NCBI GenBank assembly: GCA_043802485.1
Contig: JAZDKZ010000005.1
Coordinates: 15,485 to 79,484 of the forward strand
DNA: 64,000 nt
From: Candidatus Aenigmatarchaeota archaeon
GTDB taxonomy: Archaea; Aenigmatarchaeota; Aenigmatarchaeia; Aenigmatarchaeales; Aenigmatarchaeaceae
Direction of reading: 5' to 3'
Both the position numbers and the translations under genes were made by a program. This document shows positions 1-8,282 of this stretch, piece after piece; the stretch's first letter is position 1; every line of letters starts with the position of its first letter. The notes below the pieces were generated by a model. The model worked only from the letters and a program-made list of their open reading frames with translations. It was not told the origin of the DNA and did no database searches.

Positions 1-1
1 G

Positions 2-805
2 AAGAAGAAGGCAAAGAAAGCGACAAAACCTGTCAAAAAGGTGAAAAAAGTCATGCTTAGGAAGCCTGTCATAGGCGCCAAAAAGGTTAAAAGTAAGAAA
101 AGCAAAGTTAAGAAGATGTCTATTAAAAAATCCGTGAAGCGGACAGTAAAGAAAGCCAAAGTAATCAAGCCTGATTTCAAAAAGATGCCAGACGAAAAGG
201 CATACCTTATTCTCAAGAGATACAAGATAAACCTGCCAAAATATGAATTTTGCAAGAACGAAAAGCAATTGGCAATGGCTCTGAAGAAGGTGGGCTTCCC
301 GTGCGTCATGAAGGTTTCTGGAGACATCATACACAAGACCGACGTGAACGGCGTCAGGAAGAATGTAAGCAGCGAAGAGGAAGCTGTAAAGGTCTTCGGC
401 GAATTAATGAAGATCAAAGGATGTGAAACAGTACTTGTTCAGGAGTCTATCGAAGAAGGCTACGAGCTCATAGTGGGCGGGAAGAAGGATTCGCAGTTCG
501 GCAGGGTTATTGCATTGGGAGCTGGCGGCATATTCACCGACTTTCTAAAGGACGTCAGCTTCAGGATAGTGCCGTTGGGCAGGGAGGATGCGGAGGATAT
601 GCTAAATGAAGTAAAGTTCTCTGACCTCATACTGAAAGGTTTCAGGGACAAGAAGCCGGCAAACCAGAAGGCGATAGTAGATTCCATAATCTCTGTATCA
701 AAGATAATGGAAAAATATCCCAACATAAAGGAGATAGACATAAACCCGCTTTTTGCAACTCCTACCAAGACTATAGCAGCCGACGTCAGAATAATTTTGG
801 AATAG
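2..805 (+). CDS. acdB: ADP-forming acetate/acyl-CoA ligase beta subunit (ATP-grasp) with long Lys-rich N-terminal region; probably 5'-partial
   Basis: Motifs GFPCVMKV, HKTDVNGV, ELIVG, FG.VIALGAGGIF and EIDINPL. The frame is open to the window edge (KKKAKKATKPVKKVKK...), so the true start may lie upstream. Confidence 0.85.
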   Translation, partial: KKKAKKATKPVKKVKKVMLRKPVIGAKKVKSKKSKVKKMSIKKSVKRTVKKAKVIKPDFKKMPDEKAYLILKRYKINLPKYEFCKNEKQLAMALKKVGFPCVMKVSGDIIHKTDVNGVRKNVSSEEEAVKVFGELMKIKGCETVLVQESIEEGYELIVGGKKDSQFGRVIALGAGGIFTDFLKDVSFRIVPLGREDAEDMLNEVKFSDLILKGFRDKKPANQKAIVDSIISVSKIMEKYPNIKEIDINPLFATPTKTIAADVRIILE

Positions 806-823
806 TTGAGGTCTGAGAATCTG

Positions 824-837
824 TTTTTTTTCTTTTT
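824..837 (+). terminator. oligo-T archaeal terminator candidate
   Basis: TTTTTTTTCTTTTT about 18 nt after the acdB stop, between convergent genes. Confidence 0.5.
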
Positions 838-1029
838 CTAATATTTCTGGTTAGGACACCATACGAATTCTTCTGAAGTTTCGTTCAATTCCACATCAAA
901 GGACTCGCCACATTCATCGCAGATAACTTCTGTGTTGTGGAGGTCTATTTTGAACTGGCTGCTGCAGCACGGGCATGAAACAATCTTGCTGTTCTTGACG
1001 AATTCGTCATCAAAGAAAGTTTGTCCCAT
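838..1029 (-). CDS. small zinc-ribbon protein
   Basis: CPCC...CDEC pairs in a 63-aa acidic ORF with ATG start. Confidence 0.6.
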   Translation of the reverse strand: MGQTFFDDEFVKNSKIVSCPCCSSQFKIDLHNTEVICDECGESFDVELNETSEEFVWCPNQKY

Positions 1030-1123
1030 AAGCTACAAATGCTTTCTAAACCTATTTAATCTTTTCTGAGCCATGAAAATATGTTTTTATAGCTGCGAAT
1101 TCAAATATTTTCTAGGTGAATCA

Positions 1124-1381
1124 ATGGCTGAAAAAAAGTTTATTGGTAGCATAACGCATTTTTTTCCCAAACCTTCGGTTGCTGTTGTCGAATTGGAGGA
1201 TGTTCTGAGGGCAGGAGACAGAATACTTGTGAAAAGAGGAGAAGCAAGCTTTGAGCAAGTTGCCAGCTCTATGCAGATCGAGCACCAGAACATACAGGAA
1301 GCAAAGTCAGGAGACGCTGTCGGACTAAAACTTGACCAGGCAACCAAAGCGGGCGCAAAGGTCTACAAAATAATAGAATAG
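1124..1381 (+). CDS. translation elongation factor-like beta-barrel protein (U32 peptidase C-terminal-like)
   Basis: IG.ITHFF.K.SVAVVEL...L..GD.I...FEQ...SMQIEH..I.EAK.GD.VGLK; SD AGGTGA at 1114-1119 supports ATG 1124. Confidence 0.8.
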   Translation: MAEKKFIGSITHFFPKPSVAVVELEDVLRAGDRILVKRGEASFEQVASSMQIEHQNIQEAKSGDAVGLKLDQATKAGAKVYKIIE

Positions 1382-1413
1382 AAATAAATACCATGAAAAC
1401 AATATAAGTTTCC

Positions 1414-2775
1414 ATGTCATTAAACAAATTCTTTAATCCTAGCTCTATAGCTGTAATAGGAGCCAGCAGAACGCCTGGTGAAATAGGGTACACAATACTT
1501 GAAAACCTTAAATTTTCTTTTAAAGAAAAAATATACCCTATTAATCCTAATGCGGGTGAAATACTTGGTTTAACGGCTTATTCTTCTGTATTAGATATCG
1601 AGGAACCAATTGATTTGGCTGTAATAGCAGTTCCGGCCGAAATAGTAAAAGATGTGCTTTTAGAATGTAAACAAAAGAAAATAGGAGCTGTTGTTATAAT
1701 ATCGTCTGGTTTTTCAGAGATAGGAGAAAAAGAAAGAGAATTAGAGCTTAAAAACATATTAAAGAACAGCAAAATGAGGGTTATTGGTCCTAACTGTATA
1801 GGTGTATACAAAAATGAATTAGACATGATTTTCTTCCCAAGAAACAAGCTTAAAAGACCTCCTTCTGGTTCCATATCGTTTATAACACAGTCCGGAGCAT
1901 TCGGTTCAATTTTATTGGATACTATGGCATATAACGGCATAGGCGTTTCAAAGTTCATATCCATTGGCAACAAGATAGATGTCAATGAGATAGACCTTAT
2001 CAACTATCTGGAAAAGGATTTAAAGACCCGTTGCATTGCTATCTATCTGGAATCGGTTTCTGATGGTGAGGAGTTCATAAAAGTCGCCAAAAGGACTGTC
2101 AAGAGCAAGCCTATCGTCGTCTTCAAGGCAGGCAAGACTGAGAAAGGCAATGAGGCAGTGGCTTCCCACACCGGATCCCTAGCAGGCTCTGCAAAGATAT
2201 ACTCTGCAGCTTTCAAGCAGGCAGGCATAATAGAGGCGCAGGATTCTGAAGAGATATTTGACTTTGCCAAGGTGCTGGCAAACCAACCTGTCATGAAGGA
2301 TAAAAAAATCGCGATTGTTACAGACGGCGGAGGCTTTGGTATAGTGGCAACAGACGCCGCAGTAAAGTACGGCCTTGATTTGGCAGAGTTCGAGGAGAAT
2401 ACTGTAAAGGCTTTGAAGAAGGCTCTTCCTGCTTACGGCATTGCCAAGAATCCTGTTGATCTGACAGGTGATGCAAATGTTGAAAGATATCAAAAGGCTC
2501 TGGAAGCAGTATTGAAAGACAAGAATGTTTCTGGCGTGGTGTGCATCGCCCTGATGCAGCTGCCCACGCTGACAGACGAGATAATCAGCGTGATAAGGGA
2601 CTGTAAGATGGCAGGCAAGCCGATAACAGTCTGCTCTGCTGGCAGCGATTATGTAATGGAGAGGAACAGGAAGCTGGAGATGTACGGAGTTCCTGTCTAT
2701 CCGACACCTGAAAGGGCTGTCAATGCCTTGAAGGTTCCATACCAATACGGCAAGATTCTGAAGAAATCATTGTAA
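1414..2775 (+). CDS. acdA: ADP-forming acetate/acyl-CoA ligase alpha subunit
   Basis: CoA-binding FNP.SIAVIGAS, GPNCIG, TQSGA, GNK.D, phospho-His motif SHTGSLAG, NPVDLTGDA. Confidence 0.92.
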   Translation: MSLNKFFNPSSIAVIGASRTPGEIGYTILENLKFSFKEKIYPINPNAGEILGLTAYSSVLDIEEPIDLAVIAVPAEIVKDVLLECKQKKIGAVVIISSGFSEIGEKERELELKNILKNSKMRVIGPNCIGVYKNELDMIFFPRNKLKRPPSGSISFITQSGAFGSILLDTMAYNGIGVSKFISIGNKIDVNEIDLINYLEKDLKTRCIAIYLESVSDGEEFIKVAKRTVKSKPIVVFKAGKTEKGNEAVASHTGSLAGSAKIYSAAFKQAGIIEAQDSEEIFDFAKVLANQPVMKDKKIAIVTDGGGFGIVATDAAVKYGLDLAEFEENTVKALKKALPAYGIAKNPVDLTGDANVERYQKALEAVLKDKNVSGVVCIALMQLPTLTDEIISVIRDCKMAGKPITVCSAGSDYVMERNRKLEMYGVPVYPTPERAVNALKVPYQYGKILKKSL

Positions 2776-2834
2776 CAATTCACCACTTGTAGTCGTCAAG
2801 GATTAATTAGCCACAGTTTGTTCTTAGAAGTGTT

Positions 2835-3275
2835 ATGAGCAAAAAAGTTTTGCTGTTGGTAGGCGTTTTGACAATGGCGGCTCTGGCAGGGGCAGCCATA
2901 TCCAGCTACGGTTCAATAACAGGTTACGCTACGGTCGAGCAGGGGATAACGATAGACATATACGGTTCTTCAAACGACGAGACCTACACCTTGAGCTCTG
3001 TACACCAGGGAGAGACTGTCTATTCGCCCAAGATCAAGTTGAAGAACAGCATAGACGGTGATGTCAATGTCAGCATAGTTTTCGAGATATTGCCTGGGAG
3101 TGCTGGCGACGAGGAGGACCTGACGTTCTCGATAGTCAACGAAGGCAAGAATGTGACCCTGACAAACCCAGTGACCATCCCGGAAGACGACCTCTACTTC
3201 TACATAGAACATAATTTCCAGCCCTATGCTGAGCTAGGGAACTATAGCTTCAGCGTGAATGTGATACCTGCCTAA
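2835..3275 (+). CDS. secreted hypothetical protein, beta-sandwich-like
   Basis: N-terminal signal peptide, 'SYGSITGYATV' motif, NxS/T sequons. Confidence 0.7.
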   Translation: MSKKVLLLVGVLTMAALAGAAISSYGSITGYATVEQGITIDIYGSSNDETYTLSSVHQGETVYSPKIKLKNSIDGDVNVSIVFEILPGSAGDEEDLTFSIVNEGKNVTLTNPVTIPEDDLYFYIEHNFQPYAELGNYSFSVNVIPA

Positions 3276-3311
3276 TTTTTAATTTTTTAAATGGCAAATC
3301 AATAATAGATT

Positions 3312-3509
3312 ATGGCAAAAAGGAAGAGCAGCAAGAAAAGCACGCTCATGGGCAAGCATGTCAGGATAGTTGTGAACCTGGGCAACCTAACGATAAAATA
3401 CGACGGAATTCTGAAAGAGCTTGATGACTGGGTTATTGTTGACACAAAAGAAGGCATAAAGCTCATAAACAAGAATGACTGTGTTCTGATAGAGGAATTC
3501 AAACCTTAA
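3312..3509 (+). CDS. small Sm/LSm-like or SH3-like beta-barrel protein
   Basis: LMGKHVRIVV...YDGILKELDDWVIVD...LINKN pattern resembles the Sm fold. Confidence 0.5.
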   Translation: MAKRKSSKKSTLMGKHVRIVVNLGNLTIKYDGILKELDDWVIVDTKEGIKLINKNDCVLIEEFKP

Positions 3510-4155
3510 AGTCTTTTTGTTTGTAGGCTCTGCAGAAACCCGAGAAAGGGCAGCTGTTCTTATCCTTCTTGCACACAGGATTTATAGGCTTACATATTTC
3601 TTTTCCAAAATTAACAAACCCTAAATTGATAATATACCATTTCTTTTTAGGAAACAACTCTTCCAGTTTCTGCTTGACCTGCTCCACATTGGCCTTCTTG
3701 TCAACTATTCCGATTCTTTTCGGCACTCGATTGCAGTGCGTGTCAACAGCAATGGACGGTATGCTGAAGCCGTACATCAGAACTATGTCAGCTGTCTTGG
3801 GTCCGACGCCATAAAGCCCCATCAGTTCATCCCTAGTTCTGGGAACTTTGCCATTGTACTTTTCGATGATGGTTTTGGTGGTTCTCTTTATTTTCTTGGC
3901 CTTCTGCTTGTACGGTCCAGATACTCTTATCAGTTTTTGTAATTTTCTCATGGGAAGCTTCATTATGTCTTTAGGTTTTCTGGCAACCGAAAACAAGCTT
4001 CGGGCTGCTTTCTCAGTGCTCTCGTCCCTGTTTCTCTGTGACAGGATAGTTCCTATCAGCAACTCGTATATTTCCTGGTTGCTGGATTTGGAGGTATCAA
4101 TATACTTGTCGTATTCCTTCTCAAGAAATTTCAAAATAATCTCTGGTTTTTCCAT
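3499..4155 (-). CDS. nth: endonuclease III (HhH-GPD DNA glycosylase/AP lyase)
   Basis: ILSQR..D, HhH L.GVGPKTA, catalytic VDTH, C-terminal 4-Cys FeS motif. Confidence 0.92.
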   Translation of the reverse strand: MEKPEIILKFLEKEYDKYIDTSKSSNQEIYELLIGTILSQRNRDESTEKAARSLFSVARKPKDIMKLPMRKLQKLIRVSGPYKQKAKKIKRTTKTIIEKYNGKVPRTRDELMGLYGVGPKTADIVLMYGFSIPSIAVDTHCNRVPKRIGIVDKKANVEQVKQKLEELFPKKKWYIINLGFVNFGKEICKPINPVCKKDKNSCPFSGFCRAYKQKDFKV

Positions 4156-4236
4156 ATTATTATTTGCAATCGATTTTTTAATACTGAAGCGTTTTTAAAA
4201 ACTTCAGAGAAGACTCTCTAATTAGAAGTGGGGGAA

Positions 4237-7041
4237 ATGGCAAACGTATTCGACATATTAGATAATAGGATAAAAGAGCTAGCAGTATCTCGATTCAAAG
4301 TTCCCACCCCTGTGCAGGAATTGGCCATACCAAAGGTCCTGGAAGGCAAAAATGTTCTGGTTATAGCTGAAACTGGTTCTGGCAAGACCGAATCGGTCAT
4401 GCTCGGCCTGTTCAACAACCTTATCAAGAAGGAGCATAAACCGATAGCTCTTCTATATCTAACGCCTATGAAGGCCCTTAACAGGGACCTAATGGACAGG
4501 CTGGTTTGGTGGTGCAGCAAGCTTGACTTGGACATTTCTGTTAGGCACGGCGACACAACACAGCACCAGAGGAAGCTGCAGGTCGAGCATCCGCCGCACA
4601 TCATGATATCAACACCTGAGCAGATCGGGGCGATGCTGTCAGGCAAAAACCTTAGAGAGCTGCTGAAGAACATAAAGTACATTGTCATCGACGAGGTTCA
4701 TGAGCTTGTGACAAGCAAGAGAGGAGTTCAATTAACACTTTCGTTAGAAAGGCTGAAAAGATACTGCGGCAATCCCCAGATAATAGCTCTGTCAGCTACA
4801 GTCGGCTCTCCAGAACTGGCTGCCAAGTTCATCTTCTCGGACAACAAGCACGAGATTGTCAAAGCTATCACAGAGAAGGACATACAGATAAGGGTGGAGA
4901 GCCCGTACCCTGGCAAGCAGGACAAAATCATCGCAGAAAAGATATTCATAGGCGAGTCTGTTGTGGCAAGACTGAGAAGGATTTATGATTTGATAAACGA
5001 ACACAAATCTGCTCTGATATTTACAAACACGAGGGAAGCAGCTGAAATATTGTCTTCCAGGCTAAGGATGCTTGACGAGAATTTTCCCCACGAGATACAC
5101 CATTCTTCGCTCAGCAAGGATGTCAGGATAAAAGCTGAGACTGGTTTTAAGGGAGAGGAGCTGAAAGCTCTGATAGCAACATCGAGCCTGGAGCTGGGAA
5201 TCGACATAGGCAGTATCGACTTGGTTCTTCAGTACATGTCGCCAAGACAGGTGTCAAAGATAACGCAAAGGGTAGGAAGGAGCGGCCACGGCGTTGGCAG
5301 GCTTTCAAAAGGCTTCATAATCACAGGCGACGGTGACGACATATTCGAGTCGTCCGTCATATCGAGAAAGGCCTTGGCAGGAGAGCTTGAAAAGCTCAGA
5401 GTACATACAAAATCTCTGGATGTATTAACACAACAGATAATGGGGCTTTTGATAGAAAACTACAAGATGAACCCGAAGGAGATATACAAAACGTTTGTCA
5501 AGGCATACCCCTTCAAGGACATGACTGAGGATGAGTTTGATAGGTTGCTCAAATTCTTGGTTCAGCTAAGGCTCGTCTATTGGGACGAAGAGGTGAAGAG
5601 GAGCAGGAAGGCGTTCGAATATTATTTTGAAAATCTGTCTGTGATACCAGACCAAAAGAACTACAAAATAATCGACACAGCTTCCAACACCTTTGTTGGA
5701 ACCTTGGACGAGGAATTCATAGCAACGCACGGCAATGTCGGCTCCAGCTTTATTGTTAGAGGCAGACCTTGGAGGATAGTTGCTGTGGAGGATGACAAGG
5801 TGTTCGTGGAGAGGGACAGTGACATTGAATCGTCTGTACCTGCGTGGGAGGGCGAGCTGATACCGGTCCAGTTCAATATCACGCAGGAAGTCGGGGAGCT
5901 TAGGAAGAGTATTGGTAACATGCTTGAAAAGAAATTAGACAGGAAGAGCATGGTTGCGAAAATCAAGGAGAAATATCCTGTGTCAACCCAAACTGCCACA
6001 AGAATGATAAAGCTGATAGAGGAGCAGGTGAAAACACATCCTGTGCCTGACGGCGACAGCATCATTGTGGAAGGTTATCAGAACTATCTGGTATTGCACA
6101 CGCTTTTTGGTTCGATGGTCAACGAGACGCTTTCAAGGTTCCTGACATCGATACTGTCCGCAGAGCGCGGAGAGGTCATGACAAGCCGCGTGGACCCGTA
6201 CAGGATAATATTAAGGGGAGCGTCGTTCGATGAGGTCAAGAGTATTCTAATGAAGTACAAGCCGGATGACATGGAGGTCATCCTCGAGAAGACCTTGCCC
6301 AGGTCTTCATTGTTCAAGTTCAGGTTCATACATGTTGCCAAAAGATTCGGCGCTATCAGCAGGAGGGCCAGCTTTGGCATGATAAACCTGGAAAGGCTAA
6401 TCGACGCTTACTGGAAAACCCCTATATATGAGGAGACCTTCCACGAATTATTCACGGAAAAGCTTGACATGGAAAAGACAAAGGAGATTCTGAAAGACAT
6501 CCAGAAAGGCAGGATAAAGATGAGCTATGTTGAGGGGCTGTCGCCCCTTGCCAAATTGGGCTTCAGGTACGAGCTGCAGGATGCGGTCAAGCCTGACAGA
6601 CCGGAAAAGGAGATATTCAAGCTATTCAGAAACAGGCTCATGAACACCAAGGTCAGACTATTGTGCATAAACTGCGGCGAGTACAGTCTTGCCGGCTGCG
6701 TGAATGACATTGAGGACGAGCCAAAATGCGGGAAATGCCGCTCAAAGCTCATAGCCGTGACAAAGCACCACAGGCTGGAAAACCAGAAGATTGTCAAAAA
6801 ATGGCTCAAGGGTAAGGAGCTTGACAACGACGAAAAGGTAAGGCTTGATACAATAAAAAAGTCAGCAGATTTGTGCATAGTGTACGGCAAGCTGGCCTGT
6901 ATCGTGCTGGCAGGCAGGGGTGTCGGACCGTCCACGGCCTTCAGGATACTTTCAAAACCGAGGAAGGAAGAGGAAGACTTGCTAAAGTACATCCTAGAGG
7001 CAGAGCGGCAGTTCATAAAGAACAAAAGATTCTGGCAATAA
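4237..7041 (+). CDS. lhr: Lhr-family SF2 DEAD/DEAH helicase with C-terminal Zn finger
   Basis: AETGSGKT, PMKALNRD, DEVH, SAT, HHSSLS, QRVGRSGH, WEGE, CxxC...CxxC, LAGRGVGP. Start is ATG 4237 or GTG 4228. Confidence 0.92.
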   Translation: MANVFDILDNRIKELAVSRFKVPTPVQELAIPKVLEGKNVLVIAETGSGKTESVMLGLFNNLIKKEHKPIALLYLTPMKALNRDLMDRLVWWCSKLDLDISVRHGDTTQHQRKLQVEHPPHIMISTPEQIGAMLSGKNLRELLKNIKYIVIDEVHELVTSKRGVQLTLSLERLKRYCGNPQIIALSATVGSPELAAKFIFSDNKHEIVKAITEKDIQIRVESPYPGKQDKIIAEKIFIGESVVARLRRIYDLINEHKSALIFTNTREAAEILSSRLRMLDENFPHEIHHSSLSKDVRIKAETGFKGEELKALIATSSLELGIDIGSIDLVLQYMSPRQVSKITQRVGRSGHGVGRLSKGFIITGDGDDIFESSVISRKALAGELEKLRVHTKSLDVLTQQIMGLLIENYKMNPKEIYKTFVKAYPFKDMTEDEFDRLLKFLVQLRLVYWDEEVKRSRKAFEYYFENLSVIPDQKNYKIIDTASNTFVGTLDEEFIATHGNVGSSFIVRGRPWRIVAVEDDKVFVERDSDIESSVPAWEGELIPVQFNITQEVGELRKSIGNMLEKKLDRKSMVAKIKEKYPVSTQTATRMIKLIEEQVKTHPVPDGDSIIVEGYQNYLVLHTLFGSMVNETLSRFLTSILSAERGEVMTSRVDPYRIILRGASFDEVKSILMKYKPDDMEVILEKTLPRSSLFKFRFIHVAKRFGAISRRASFGMINLERLIDAYWKTPIYEETFHELFTEKLDMEKTKEILKDIQKGRIKMSYVEGLSPLAKLGFRYELQDAVKPDRPEKEIFKLFRNRLMNTKVRLLCINCGEYSLAGCVNDIEDEPKCGKCRSKLIAVTKHHRLENQKIVKKWLKGKELDNDEKVRLDTIKKSADLCIVYGKLACIVLAGRGVGPSTAFRILSKPRKEEEDLLKYILEAERQFIKNKRFWQ

Positions 7042-7176
7042 GCCCTATTCATTTGACTTGTTATTCGTAGAAATAATTTGACACGACCCAAATAAAAGCA
7101 ATGCCTCTGACGCACAAAGAAAAATAGAATAAAATATAAAAAAATCTAAAAATTCCGGTCAGTCGCTATCGCTATA

Positions 7177-7704
7177 TTATGTTACCCAGATAGTCCAAGT
7201 AACATTTATTTGGTCAGCATTTTGCAATGAAACATTTGTGAATGTGTTGTACGCGAACATTGTGTTGTTTGTTGGGAAGGTTGCATTGAACAAAGCGGTT
7301 GTGTTAATAAATCCAACAGCGCCTGATGCTGTGAACGTCTTTGTTATTGACCAATTTCCTGTGCCGACAGAGTTGAATGTACCCAGTGCTCTGCCAAGAC
7401 TAGCTTCGCCTATCTCTTGAGCCAAATTTGTCGAGCCTGCTCCTGGTGTGGAACCGTTTCCTAAAGCTATATAGTTAAAAGCTGCTCCAGCCGTACCACT
7501 GCCTAACAGATCCTTGATAGCGTTCTTGCCAGCATCGGTCAAGGCGTTCTCACTACATTCAATCATTTCGCCGTTCTTGTAGATACAGACCATAGAGTTG
7601 TATTCCAATCCTTGGTTCTGAGACGCAATTTGGACGCCTGGCATCATTGTTGCCAACAAAGCAACTGACATCAAAACTATCCCTAAAATGTATACTTTTT
7701 TCAT
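7177..7704 (-). CDS. secreted protein resembling a phage tail-collar/fibre N-terminal domain
   Basis: Signal peptide followed by LTDAGKNAI...YIALGNG....T.L..EI...ALFNA...MFAY..F...QINVTWTI. Confidence 0.6.
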   Translation of the reverse strand: MKKVYILGIVLMSVALLATMMPGVQIASQNQGLEYNSMVCIYKNGEMIECSENALTDAGKNAIKDLLGSGTAGAAFNYIALGNGSTPGAGSTNLAQEIGEASLGRALGTFNSVGTGNWSITKTFTASGAVGFINTTALFNATFPTNNTMFAYNTFTNVSLQNADQINVTWTIWVT

Positions 7705-7714
7705 GTTATTACCT

Positions 7715-8203
7715 CTATTTTCTTAATTTATATTCTAGATACATGACTAATAAACCTATCACAATGCTCGAAGCATCGCCTGAAAGTATGTACGCTAACA
7801 GTGTAAAGAGCATTCCCCACACGATAGGCATAACTATTTTCTTCCAGTCAAAATTACTTGATTTTTTAGCCATTTTTTCACCTCTCCTCTTTTTGTTATA
7901 TTTGACTTCTTGTATAATAAAGATTACGGTTAGTATCATAATGAAATAGCTGAATATCTCATGGAATATCCCTATTTCTCCGAACAGGGCGCTGTAGACA
8001 GGGAGTCTCACAGTGCCGAAAAAATAGGTCCTTGACACAGAAACTGATACAATGTCCCCCATGCCCAGGGTCTGGGCAGTGCCGCCAGACATGCTTTGGC
8101 TGACCTGGCTGACAGAAGCTGGTATCTGGGATATGAAGTTGATGAAAAGGACATATGCTATTATCAGAACAGGTATAAGCAGGAACTTTTTCACATTCAC
8201 CAT
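7715..8203 (-). CDS. multi-pass membrane protein, hypothetical
   Basis: About four hydrophobic segments; ATG 8203 chosen as start; internal SD+ATG at 7873. Confidence 0.65.
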   Translation of the reverse strand: MVNVKKFLLIPVLIIAYVLFINFISQIPASVSQVSQSMSGGTAQTLGMGDIVSVSVSRTYFFGTVRLPVYSALFGEIGIFHEIFSYFIMILTVIFIIQEVKYNKKRRGEKMAKKSSNFDWKKIVMPIVWGMLFTLLAYILSGDASSIVIGLLVMYLEYKLRK

Positions 8204-8282
8204 ACAAATTGATTTCTGCTTCCCGGTATAAAAATATATCTCAAGCCCTGATTTTTTAATTCTGGAAACCAACTCATATATT

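Noticed and set aside
838..1029. LysW amino-group carrier protein
   Set aside because: Similar zinc ribbon, but lacks the C-terminal EDWGE motif and has no lys/arg genes nearby.
7177..8203. Prophage
   Set aside because: No integrase, capsid, terminase or portal genes; flanked by housekeeping genes.
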